A stretch of 64,000 nt of DNA from an uncultured Candidatus Poseidoniales archaeon. Lineage in GTDB: Archaea > Thermoplasmatota > Poseidoniia > Poseidoniales > Thalassarchaeaceae. The DNA lies in the NCBI GenBank assembly GCA_902601345.1, contig CACKMK010000002.1, forward strand, positions 43,571-107,570, in the 5' to 3' direction. Positions 18,235 through 26,832 of the stretch are shown here, one piece after another. The first letter of the stretch is position 1. The number at the start of each line of letters is the position of its first letter. The translations under genes were made by a program, and so were the position numbers. The notes beneath the pieces were generated by a model. That model did no database searches, was not told the origin of the DNA, and saw only the letters and a program-made list of their open reading frames with translations.

Positions 18235-19028
18235 GCCTCGATCATCGCTGCGAAGGTCAGGAGCGTCCTGTTGTCAACCGCTGGTGCTCCCTCTGACTCT
18301 GCCCCGGCCTCTGCCAGCGCGGCGATTGAGCTCAGCGCCTTCTCCTCTGCCGCGGTGATCACTCCCGACTTGGAGGCGGCCTTTAGGAATCCCAGCGTGT
18401 CTGCCCCGCTCATGTTGTCGAGCAGAAGGGCTACTATCTTGGTGGGGTCAACTGACGGCCCGTGCATCAAGGCGTCTGCCTCCCCGCTCTTCAGGAAGGG
18501 GTTGACTGCCAAGGACTGGGCCTCGTAGAGGTCTAGGAGGCCCGGGCCTCCGGCCTTTCCACCGTGGGATAGAGGCCCTTCGACCTCGGACGCGGGAGAG
18601 TCTGCGGGTCGGCTAGTGACCTCTCCGTCATCGCCCACGGTGTGGATCACGTCCTGGGAAGCGCCTGCGGAGGCGCTAGCCGCAGATACCGAATCGGCTG
18701 CTATCTTCGCTGTCTGCTGGGCGGTCATCTTGATGTTGGCCTCCATCAGGTCCATTGCCGTCTCCAGCCTCTCGAACCTGTCCTTGACCATGTCCACCAG
18801 CTCCGGGATCTTGTCCTGCCCCTGGCTCGCCTGAGGGTCGCCGAGAACCCCGACCCTGGTCCCGGAGGGGGCGAAAAGCCACGCCTCTAGGTCCGTCGGC
18901 CTGAACTCGGTTGGGATGTCCACGTGCTCGACGCTTAGCCTGGCTACCTTGTCCAGCCTGGATGACATCCCGGGGTCGGCATCGGAGGAGCCACTAGAGC
19001 CAGACCTGAATTTGTCTAGTAATCCCAT
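18210..19028 (-). CDS. archaellum accessory protein, ArlC/D/E (FlaC/D/E)-like
   Basis: Soluble 272-aa acidic protein between the archaellins and arlF, where euryarchaeal flaC/D/E sit. The call rests on position and composition, not on a motif I can name. Confidence 0.45.
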   Translation of the reverse strand: MGLLDKFRSGSSGSSDADPGMSSRLDKVARLSVEHVDIPTEFRPTDLEAWLFAPSGTRVGVLGDPQASQGQDKIPELVDMVKDRFERLETAMDLMEANIKMTAQQTAKIAADSVSAASASAGASQDVIHTVGDDGEVTSRPADSPASEVEGPLSHGGKAGGPGLLDLYEAQSLAVNPFLKSGEADALMHGPSVDPTKIVALLLDNMSGADTLGFLKAASKSGVITAAEEKALSSIAALAEAGAESEGAPAVDNRTLLTFAAMIEAWRAQGTP

Positions 19029-19078
19029 TCCAACACCTCATGATCCCACCTCGCAAGGCACCTCTAACCCTAAAGGTC

Positions 19079-19723
19079 TCACATCATCGAGGAGCCCAAA
19101 GTCAGGGAGTGTACTGTAAACTCCGTTAGGGTCTCTCCACCGCCGTCTACGACTATGCGCATGTTCAGTGTCTCACCTTGGGTTGCAGTGGTGTCGCAAC
19201 CTGGGTTGACATCATCTGTGTCCACATCACCGTCACTGTCAACGTCCGAGTTTCCTAGGGTAACCGTGGTGTAGTAGGTGTTTCCGGCCGACAGCTCGGT
19301 AGTGCCGGCTATTGGAGTCTCGGTGATTATGCTGGATGCTGGGAGGGTTCCGTCGTCGAACCCGAGACCCAGTCCGGTGTGAGCGCTGAGATCGCACGTG
19401 ATATAGTAGGAGACGTCACCCGGGTAGATGCCGGTTGAACCGGACGATACCCTCCATACGACGTCGAACGTAGCCACGTGGCTTCCTGCTCCTATGTCGT
19501 CAGCGATGGTATTCACAATCAAGTCCGTGAGCGCGACCTTACCGGATATCTGCTGTCTGGTGTCGCTGCTGGTCTGCTCTGCGTTCTGCTGTAGCTCTTC
19601 GGCGGTCTTGATGATGATCGTCGAAGCAACTGCGGCCACTAGGATCAGGGCGATGAAGACGATCATCGCACCGATACCGATTGAGCCCGAGTCCTCTTTG
19701 TCCCTTGGAATTCTCTCGTTCAT
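19079..19723 (-). CDS. arlB: archaellin (ArlB/FlaB), second copy
   Basis: Class III signal peptide followed by SIGIGAMIVFIALILVAAVASTIIIKTAEELQQNAEQTSSDTR. The start is placed at ATG 19723 (GGGAGG lies 7 nt upstream). The ORF track starts at 19738. Confidence 0.9.
   Translation of the reverse strand: MNERIPRDKEDSGSIGIGAMIVFIALILVAAVASTIIIKTAEELQQNAEQTSSDTRQQISGKVALTDLIVNTIADDIGAGSHVATFDVVWRVSSGSTGIYPGDVSYYITCDLSAHTGLGLGFDDGTLPASSIITETPIAGTTELSAGNTYYTTVTLGNSDVDSDGDVDTDDVNPGCDTTATQGETLNMRIVVDGGGETLTEFTVHSLTLGSSMM
19560..19681. repeat. 122-bp segment identical to 20205-20326 (archaellin N-terminal domain)
   Basis: Direct comparison of the two stretches (gtgtcgctgctggtctgctctgcgttctgctgtagc...atcgcaccgataccgat) shows no mismatch, while the flanking sequence diverges. 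Confidence 0.9.
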
Positions 19724-19738
19724 GCTATCGCCTCCCAT

Positions 19739-20374
19739 CTAAACCACCGATGCCCCCGAGGTTAGTGAGTCTATCTTCAGTTCTGTAACGGTCGTGCCAC
19801 CATCGGTTACGATGATCTTGAGGAGCATCGTCTCGCCGATTCCGCCTAGGGCGTCGCAGTCCCCTCCGTTGGTTATTATGTCGAAGCGGAATACGGTTCC
19901 AGCGTCCATCTCAAGGGACCCGAAGTCGGAGCCGTCGAGGTTGTCCGCGTTCTGTGACTCTGTTCCGTCGATGGTGCCACCTTCAGCATCGGTTCCCCCT
20001 AGTGCGGAGGTGCCGAGGTTACCTGCTACGAGCCCGTAGCTTGCACTGTCACCGCATGTGAGGAGCCAGTTGATGTTCTGGGCAACCAGGTTCTGGGCTC
20101 CAGCGGCGACCTTGGCCGTGAAGACCATGCTCTCGACGTCGGTCGCGCTCGATGTGTTCACCAGCGCCTGTACGATGTTGATCTTCCCGGAAATCTCCTT
20201 CCTCGTGTCGCTGCTGGTCTGCTCTGCGTTCTGCTGTAGCTCTTCGGCGGTCTTGATGATGATCGTCGAAGCAACTGCGGCCACTAGGATCAGGGCGATG
20301 AAGACGATCATCGCACCGATACCGATGGAGCCTTCCTCTCGGTTTCTTTCTACTGTCTGGTATTCTTCGCTCAT
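19739..20374 (-). CDS. arlB: archaellin (ArlB/FlaB), first copy
   Basis: Its hydrophobic N-terminal domain is identical to the downstream paralog, and the C-terminal beta domain is divergent. GGTGA lies 8 nt upstream of the ATG. Confidence 0.9.
   Translation of the reverse strand: MSEEYQTVERNREEGSIGIGAMIVFIALILVAAVASTIIIKTAEELQQNAEQTSSDTRKEISGKINIVQALVNTSSATDVESMVFTAKVAAGAQNLVAQNINWLLTCGDSASYGLVAGNLGTSALGGTDAEGGTIDGTESQNADNLDGSDFGSLEMDAGTVFRFDIITNGGDCDALGGIGETMLLKIIVTDGGTTVTELKIDSLTSGASVV
20205..20326. repeat. 122-bp segment identical to 19560-19681 (archaellin N-terminal domain)
   Basis: See the partner copy at 19560-19681. Confidence 0.9.
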
Positions 20375-20410
20375 TGCGTGTTCACCCGTGCCCCCCTGTG
20401 AATGCTAATC

Positions 20411-20419
20411 ATTTATGAT
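20411..20419 (-). promoter_or_regulatory. TATA-like element (minus strand ATCATAAAT) upstream of the first archaellin
   Basis: A/T-rich box about 40 nt upstream of ATG 20374, in the 88-bp gap after the 347-aa gene. Confidence 0.35.
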
Positions 20420-20435
20420 ATTACTGGAAAATGTG

Positions 20436-20448
20436 CTGGATAATCCAG
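20436..20448. promoter_or_regulatory. perfect 6-1-6 palindrome CTGGAT-A-ATCCAG just upstream of the archaellin TATA-like box
   Basis: Read directly from the sequence. It lies between the stop of the 347-aa gene (20463) and the putative archaellin promoter. Confidence 0.3.
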
Positions 20449-20462
20449 TTCTGAGCGGTAAA

Positions 20463-21506
20463 TTAGCTACCGATTCCTACTGCTTCTCGCAGGTTCAGTA
20501 CCTCGATGGGAACGTGAACGACATCCCCTGGTCCAAGGTTCTCCACGAGTGGGAGCCTCATCGTCTCGAATCCCTCTGGCATCCATGGATCCAACAGGAG
20601 ACCCTGCATGATGTTCGGAGTCCTGTTTTCTACCCTGGTCTGGACATTCAGGCTACCGTACTCGACGTCATATCCGGTGGTGATGTTCAGGCTGCTTCCA
20701 AGGAGTGCTGTGGATGGGAAGGATCCGGATGGCCTGATCTCGATCCCGATCTCGATGAAGCCATCTGGGGGTATCTCGGGAATCTCGCACATCTTCGGAG
20801 TGGCAGACCACCCGTACGGTATTGGCGGGGCAAGCCTCATTGTGGAGATGTTGTTCTCGCCGGTGTTCTCTAGTGTAATTACCATCAGGGCGTGGTCCTT
20901 GCCCTCTGGCCATGTCGTCCCTATAGAAAGGAAGAAGCTGTTCACTAGGAAGGGGCTGGCAGCCTCGTTGACAGCGACTGGGCCGAGTGCGCTGATTGCG
21001 TCCTCGAACGCCTTTGCCGCGGACGAGAGGTCGGAGTCGAGTGCCTCCTTACCCTGGTTGACCAGCGTGAGTGCGATGTCCTCTATGTCGCTGAGCTCAC
21101 CCATCTCGTTGAGGTGCCTTCCAAGGGTGTTCAGTGACCTCTCGAGTCCGTCTTTGCCCATCGATGCGACTGCGCCCTCTACGCAATCTGCTGCTGCTCC
21201 CCAGTTCCCCTCCCTGAGGTGCTGCAGGCCTAGCATTGTCAGGTCCCAGGCGTTGCGATCGCCTTCTGACATCTGCTCGAGCTCCTCGAGGGATCGCTCT
21301 AGCGATGATAGCGCCCTGTAGAGGTCCATGATCTGTCCTTCTGCCTCTTCGACCTCCTTCGATAGGTCTCTCAGCATCTTTCTGGCGCCTATAGGCCTGT
21401 TTGCCCAGATTGCGAATTGGATGTTCTCGGCCTCTTCCTCGATGTAGTCGATCCGCTTGAGAGTGGCCTCGGCCCCTCCCGTTGCGGGTGCCTTCGTCCG
21501 TGCCAT
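20463..21506 (-). CDS. hypothetical protein: N-terminal coiled-coil/helical half plus C-terminal CARDB-like beta-sandwich, no signal peptide
   Basis: 347-aa ORF. A heptad-like region (EVEEAEGQIMDLYRALSSLERSLEELEQ) is followed by VITLENTGENNISTMRL-type strands. Its start lies 1 nt after the stop of the 1731-aa gene (TGA G ATG), with GGAGGGAGG inside the upstream gene's last codons. Confidence 0.7.
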   Translation of the reverse strand: MARTKAPATGGAEATLKRIDYIEEEAENIQFAIWANRPIGARKMLRDLSKEVEEAEGQIMDLYRALSSLERSLEELEQMSEGDRNAWDLTMLGLQHLREGNWGAAADCVEGAVASMGKDGLERSLNTLGRHLNEMGELSDIEDIALTLVNQGKEALDSDLSSAAKAFEDAISALGPVAVNEAASPFLVNSFFLSIGTTWPEGKDHALMVITLENTGENNISTMRLAPPIPYGWSATPKMCEIPEIPPDGFIEIGIEIRPSGSFPSTALLGSSLNITTGYDVEYGSLNVQTRVENRTPNIMQGLLLDPWMPEGFETMRLPLVENLGPGDVVHVPIEVLNLREAVGIGS

Positions 21507-21507
21507 C

Positions 21508-24500
21508 TCAGTTCCTCCCTCCTGGCTTCTGACCTGCCCTTCCGAGGATCTTCTTGATTCTGATAGCTCGGAGCTCTATATCAGCGAGTTCGCTGTAAAG
21601 CCTGTCGTAAGAGCTGTCCAGGAATTTCAGGATGATGTGCACTAGGATGGGCGAGGCGATCATGAATCCGATTATGGATATCAACGACGATGCCCCCAGA
21701 TCTATGGCGAGGGATGGTGAGATTAGTACGAATGGAAGGAAGGCGTAGGGAGAGCAGGAGATGATGGCGCGGAGCTCGTTCCTAGTGTTCTGCTGTTCCT
21801 TGTCGTGATCCTCCAACAGCGCCATCGTTCCGATTCTGGCCTTCTTCCTGTCGTCATGGATCGCCTGGAGCTCGCTGGAGGATAGCCATGCTACAAGCCC
21901 TGCGAACAAGATGGAGGCTAGAGCGCAAAGAAGTGATAGGATCGTGGAGGCGCCGGTTAGCGAGAGGGCCCCGAATGCCATTGCTGCCACGTACGAGGAC
22001 GCATGCAGGCGGCTCTCTTGCTCTTCCAGTCCCTGTCTGATGAGCGATACCGCCAAGAGGAGTAGGAGTGCTGCGATTAGAAGTGCGGACGGGAGTTGCA
22101 GACCGGATAGTTCGACGGCTGGGGTGGACCATGAGTCAATGGACAGGTCCTCCGTCCTGACGTCATTTTCTACGACGTTGCCGAAGATTCCGCCCATCTG
22201 CATTATGATGTCCGGATAGGTGATGGATGCGGAGCAAGTCAGTGTCTCTGAGGACTTGTACCATGGGATTGGGTTTAGTTCCACGGCCCAGGAAGCAGTG
22301 AAGTTCCCGTTTGCCTCAAGAGCTGGTATCGGGTACGATGCGAACATGTTCGTCACGTCTGCGTAAGGCGTGGGAGTGCAGTCGAGGTTCAGTTGGGACT
22401 GTGTTGGCATTACTGCGTATCCTGCGTTAATTACGGTAACGTCGATCCAAGTGCTCTCCCCCTCTACGCCCTCCCCCCTGAATGTGATGCTGTTGACGAG
22501 GGGATCCGTCGATTCTGTCATCCTGAGTCTGACGACTAGATCCGTCGAGTACTCCGTTGTCTTGGGCTCCTCTGGGTGTCTTAGTTGCAGGTAGATGTTC
22601 CATCCGTCTCCCGCTGCAACCCCGTCCAGCTGCTTCTCGGGGATAATTACCTGGAGTACGATTGTGCCCCCGTGAGCGGAGTCTGGGCTCCCTCCCTCAT
22701 AGGGAGTGGTGGCGTCGAGTTCCCAATCCGAGTTGCATGTCTCTTCCGTCGCGTCCGTGGCGGCGATACCGAATCCATCTATGTCTGCTAGTTCGCACTT
22801 CGCAGTACCTGCATCGGTGTCGTGATCGATGTATAGCCACCAATGCACCTTGGGGTAGCTGGCTGAGTCCACGAGGCGTTCTGGGGGGTCTGCTGATGCA
22901 TCGTAGGGGTCCATATCCCCGTTCAATGCCAGTGTGTAGGACCTCGGGTCGAATGAGCTGTCTCGGTAGTTTATGTCCACCCATGGTATCTCTATCTGCC
23001 TGCAATTCGGGTCGTCGTTGTTTTCGCACTGGTACTGGCCGGCGGCATCGGCGCTCAAGGTGTAAGTGTCATCGGTCTGGGCTCTGACGACGGTGATTGG
23101 GAAGGAGTTCTGCTGGGTCTCCATCGCGGCGTCCACTGGTACTCTCTTCAGGATGAATGTTCCTTGCTCGCCCTTGATCGTGTCATTATGTGTCATTGCG
23201 AATTCGAAGCTAATTGAGCTGGTCTGCCCAACCTGCAGGTACAGGTTTGTAGAGCCTAGCGAGTTTCGGACTTCGAACCTATCTGGCTTCGAATCGTCCT
23301 GTTCCGTGTCTATGGTTTCCCACTGTATTGTGAGGTTGATCGGTGCGTTGCCCTTGTTCTCCATTTCGAATTCGATTGACCTGTCCACCCCTGGGACTAT
23401 TGCTATCCTCTGTGGGGACTTGGTCAATTCCACATCGAAGACGGGGAGGACCTTGATTTTGAGCGTCGAAGTCCCAGCTGGGACGCCCCCACCCATTGCG
23501 ACCCTCTCTGACAATGGAACGGGCTGGGCCACTCCATCGACCATTTTTGTTGCAGGCCATGTGGGGAACGGGTCGGTGATGTTTACCGCTCTCATGGTTA
23601 GGTTGTGGATGACGTCGGCTACGAGAATCTGGTCTCCGTCCCTGAGAGGGGGCAGTGTGATGCTGAGGAGTACGGTACGAGACTCATACTGGTCTAGTGA
23701 GAATCCGGATTCGTTGACCTGGTAAGACCAGTTGGTCATTCCCTCTGGGAAGGTCACAGTCAAGTTCAGTGTCTCCATGAGGTTGCCGTCGTTCCGTAAA
23801 ACCACCTCTAGGTCGAGGGTGTTCCCCGGGGCTACCTGCATTTCGGTGGGAGCTATGAATAGTATTGCATGGTCAGGAGCAACCTGAACCTTCCATTCGC
23901 TTGTGGACATTAACTGGCCGTCGTGAGACGCATTCAGGAAGAAAGTCTGGTTTTCATCTGCTCTCGAGTCCTCTCCAGCAGTGGAGTAAATCCTGACGAT
24001 TCCCTGCGACCCTGCCGGGACCAACAGTGTGGATTCGGTCACACAGGGCTGCATCTCCTCAGAGAAGCAGACCCTGATCTTGTCGACATCGAGATTGTCC
24101 AGGGACAGGTTGTATGTGACGTTCTTGTTTCCTGTGTTATTGAGCAGGGCAATCAGGGTCTTCTGGCCGACTCTGCTGTCCAATGAGGGGGAAGGGGTGA
24201 TTACCGCCGTGGAAGTAGGGGGGTAGAGTTCTGCCGAGATGACTTCGGTGAGGGTGAAGAGGGCAGGGGCATATGCAAGCAGTTCTCCAGTTTCCGTGGA
24301 GTTGGCGTACACCCAGACCTGATGTGTCTCATCCGCTCTGGCTGAGGCCGGGGGAGTGGCGGTGACCGTTATTGGCCGCTGATTCTGGGTTGATGAACCG
24401 TCATTGTACAGATTCGTCATGGAGGGTACGAGGTTCGCCGCGGTGGACCCCAGGGTGATGGTCCATCCAGGCTTAGGGACGTATCCGATGGTGAAGTTTG

Positions 24501-26703
24501 CTGGATCGTTCCCTGTGTTCTCCAAAACCACCTCAGAGGATATGGGGGTCCCAGGGTCCCCATTGGCTGCTCCTGAGGAAGTCAGCTCTGCCGACCAGAG
24601 TTCTGCTATTGACATGGAAACCGTGGCTGTGGCATTACGGGAAATTGCCCCGGAGAAAGCAGCCCAAGATGATGTCGCCATGAACGAGAAGTTGAGGTGA
24701 CCCGCCGATGGGTATTGGAAGTCTGGGGTGGGGCCGAAGCTCAGTCCCACCATTCCGTATCCGGTTTCTCCTGGCAGGAGTTCCAAGGTCGAGGCGGAGG
24801 ATGAGGAAGAGGTCTGGACCGTAGCCGTCCAACGCGAATTCTCGATGAGGCTGGAGCCAGCCGGGGTATCCTGAAGAAAGACCTTCCCATTGCTACAGGT
24901 GGATTGCGTCCAAGGGCTACCCGATGCAGCAGTGGTTGGCGCTAGGGAGGTACACGGCATGGCGCTGAGGGATACTTGGGCCAAGGTGTTGTTTGAGCCG
25001 AGATTGTGAACTATCGTCACTTCGAAGCCGACGAACCTGTCGGTATTGCCCCCGATGATGTCATTGACTGAAATATCATCGATTTCACTGGTCACGGAGA
25101 TGTCCAACTCAACAATGCTGTCTATCATTAGCGTCGTCTGGTTGACTGCTGGGACTCCCCCCTGTAGGGGGATTGCTTGGACCATCAGATCCACTCTTTC
25201 TATGGAGGAGACCTTCCAGGACGGGTTCAGTGGCATCTCTAGCTCCGGGGTGGTGATTGTTACGGGAAGTGTCCTGGTCTCATTTGGCAGCAGTACGTCG
25301 GTGATTGTGACAGGTGAGTCTATGATCCAGTACGGCACCGATTCCGTCGCTCCGACATCTATCTGATACTGGGCTGGTGCGGTACCGGTGTTCATCAGGG
25401 TGTATTGTAGGGTCCTGGGGGAACCGGGGGTGATGTTCGCGAAGTTTTCTCCCATCGAATGGCTGTGGTTTTGGAAAATCTCCGCGCTGAATGTACCTCC
25501 TGCCATGACCATTGTGCTGGCTGAGAGGACGTAACCCGCCGTGTCGCTTTGAATTGTTAGGGTCACAATTACGGCGTCTCCATTGGCGGCATCCGCGGGA
25601 ACATCGACCGGGATCTGAATTGCATGGGTTTGCTGGGCGCCTACATTGAGAAGGTTGGTGGAGGAATGTATCTGATCCGTGATATTTACCCAGTAGTTGG
25701 CGGGGTCGGAGTTGTTGCTCTGTGTCACGGTGAAGTTGTCCTCAACGGTTCCAGAGTTCTGTAGTATGAAGTTCAGAGTTGCCTGCGAACCTGGGTCGAC
25801 GTTCCGGTTGTTGGCTGGTATTAGCGATGCCCTTAGGGCTACGAAGCTCACTATTCTGGAGTCGATTGTGACCGAGCCCTGTGTAGAGCCCGACACAAGT
25901 ATGCTACCACTAAGGGTGTAATCTCCTTCAAGTCCGGAGCCATCGAACGATATTGTGATATTAGCAGGGGTTGGAGGATCTGCAAGGCTTCCGGGAAGCA
26001 ATTCTTCTGTACTCGAGGAGAGGGGGACGCTCGAACCACCCAGCGACGGAGTTAGTGTTAGCTGGGCTGTGACGTCGACTGGTTGATTGCCCGTGTTGAC
26101 CACGGTGATTGCTCCTTCCCAGAGTGCTCTCGCTAGGGAAGACCCATCGGATGGTAGGGAGTCTGCGATGTCTGAGGCAGACTCCACCTCAGCGACGCTT
26201 ACACCGGATAGAGACATCTGGTTATTGCTCGAGTCCGAGTCGGAGGATGATGATGCCGGGATCCATGACGCAGTTATCTCATATCCTGTTCCTGAGAGGG
26301 AAGAGGCGTCCCAGTACATCACGCTGTTTACCTGTCCTCCAGGAGTGATGGTGGCAGTCCTGTTGTCAACGACGACCCCGTTAACCTTGAGCGTTACATT
26401 GCCTTCGGCAGTAGACCCGCCCTGATTGGTAGTCCCGACAACAATCACGTGATCAACAGGAGCCAGTGTGGGGGTTCCTCCAACCGTAGCGGAGGGTGTG
26501 GTGACGTCTAGATCGGTTACTACCACATCTGGGCCCATTTGACGAGTCGAGCTTGGCATTGGGTTCTCTTCGTCTGTAGCAACGGGAATACCAGCGAGCA
26601 GGGGGGAGAGGAAAAGTAGAGCGACTAGAATCGTGGCCTTGCTAGCCGTTCTAGTTGTCCTATGTAGGTTTCTTGAGGATTCTTGACTGGAATCTTTCAG
26701 CAT
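21508..26703 (-). CDS. giant cell-surface protein: signal peptide, at least 8 CARDB/Ig-like beta-sandwich repeats, C-terminal multi-pass membrane domain
   Basis: The 1731-aa ORF has an N-terminal signal/TM (ATILVALLFLSPLLAGIPVA). A recurring strand motif appears as VVNTGNQPVDV, ILQNSGTVEDNF, LMNTGTAPAQY, LENTGNDPANF, LNNTGNKNVTY, LRNDGNLMETL, MENKGNAPINL and VINAGYAVMPT. It carries many N-x-S/T sequons. The last ~270 aa hold about 5 hydrophobic helices. GAGGAGGGGAG lies upstream of ATG 26703. Confidence 0.85.
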   Translation of the reverse strand: MLKDSSQESSRNLHRTTRTASKATILVALLFLSPLLAGIPVATDEENPMPSSTRQMGPDVVVTDLDVTTPSATVGGTPTLAPVDHVIVVGTTNQGGSTAEGNVTLKVNGVVVDNRTATITPGGQVNSVMYWDASSLSGTGYEITASWIPASSSSDSDSSNNQMSLSGVSVAEVESASDIADSLPSDGSSLARALWEGAITVVNTGNQPVDVTAQLTLTPSLGGSSVPLSSSTEELLPGSLADPPTPANITISFDGSGLEGDYTLSGSILVSGSTQGSVTIDSRIVSFVALRASLIPANNRNVDPGSQATLNFILQNSGTVEDNFTVTQSNNSDPANYWVNITDQIHSSTNLLNVGAQQTHAIQIPVDVPADAANGDAVIVTLTIQSDTAGYVLSASTMVMAGGTFSAEIFQNHSHSMGENFANITPGSPRTLQYTLMNTGTAPAQYQIDVGATESVPYWIIDSPVTITDVLLPNETRTLPVTITTPELEMPLNPSWKVSSIERVDLMVQAIPLQGGVPAVNQTTLMIDSIVELDISVTSEIDDISVNDIIGGNTDRFVGFEVTIVHNLGSNNTLAQVSLSAMPCTSLAPTTAASGSPWTQSTCSNGKVFLQDTPAGSSLIENSRWTATVQTSSSSSASTLELLPGETGYGMVGLSFGPTPDFQYPSAGHLNFSFMATSSWAAFSGAISRNATATVSMSIAELWSAELTSSGAANGDPGTPISSEVVLENTGNDPANFTIGYVPKPGWTITLGSTAANLVPSMTNLYNDGSSTQNQRPITVTATPPASARADETHQVWVYANSTETGELLAYAPALFTLTEVISAELYPPTSTAVITPSPSLDSRVGQKTLIALLNNTGNKNVTYNLSLDNLDVDKIRVCFSEEMQPCVTESTLLVPAGSQGIVRIYSTAGEDSRADENQTFFLNASHDGQLMSTSEWKVQVAPDHAILFIAPTEMQVAPGNTLDLEVVLRNDGNLMETLNLTVTFPEGMTNWSYQVNESGFSLDQYESRTVLLSITLPPLRDGDQILVADVIHNLTMRAVNITDPFPTWPATKMVDGVAQPVPLSERVAMGGGVPAGTSTLKIKVLPVFDVELTKSPQRIAIVPGVDRSIEFEMENKGNAPINLTIQWETIDTEQDDSKPDRFEVRNSLGSTNLYLQVGQTSSISFEFAMTHNDTIKGEQGTFILKRVPVDAAMETQQNSFPITVVRAQTDDTYTLSADAAGQYQCENNDDPNCRQIEIPWVDINYRDSSFDPRSYTLALNGDMDPYDASADPPERLVDSASYPKVHWWLYIDHDTDAGTAKCELADIDGFGIAATDATEETCNSDWELDATTPYEGGSPDSAHGGTIVLQVIIPEKQLDGVAAGDGWNIYLQLRHPEEPKTTEYSTDLVVRLRMTESTDPLVNSITFRGEGVEGESTWIDVTVINAGYAVMPTQSQLNLDCTPTPYADVTNMFASYPIPALEANGNFTASWAVELNPIPWYKSSETLTCSASITYPDIIMQMGGIFGNVVENDVRTEDLSIDSWSTPAVELSGLQLPSALLIAALLLLLAVSLIRQGLEEQESRLHASSYVAAMAFGALSLTGASTILSLLCALASILFAGLVAWLSSSELQAIHDDRKKARIGTMALLEDHDKEQQNTRNELRAIISCSPYAFLPFVLISPSLAIDLGASSLISIIGFMIASPILVHIILKFLDSSYDRLYSELADIELRAIRIKKILGRAGQKPGGRN

Positions 26704-26832
26704 CGCTTCCGCTCCCCTCCTCGTAGAGGAGACTAACCTTCATTATGAAATAACCGGAGGAAATAATTGCACTTCTTAGTTCATCTGGGTTGCAACCGAT
26801 GTTATGAAAAGTCACTGCTCAGGTTCGCTCAC

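Noticed and set aside
18616-18890. Stack of short GC-rich ORFs on both strands inside the ArlC/D/E-like gene
   Set aside because: They lie in the Ala/Ser/Gly-rich low-complexity linker of the 272-aa protein and are a composition artefact.
20608-21321. Long antisense ORFs inside confident genes (20608-21321 +, 23066-23725 +, 59984-60706 +, 35395-35982 -, 37840-38427 -, 16307-16750 +)
   Set aside because: These are shadow ORFs opposite well-supported genes (the hypothetical 347-aa gene, the giant protein, thermosome, MTase-like, gcvH region, arlH). Their translations are Ser/Pro/Leu-rich with no motifs.
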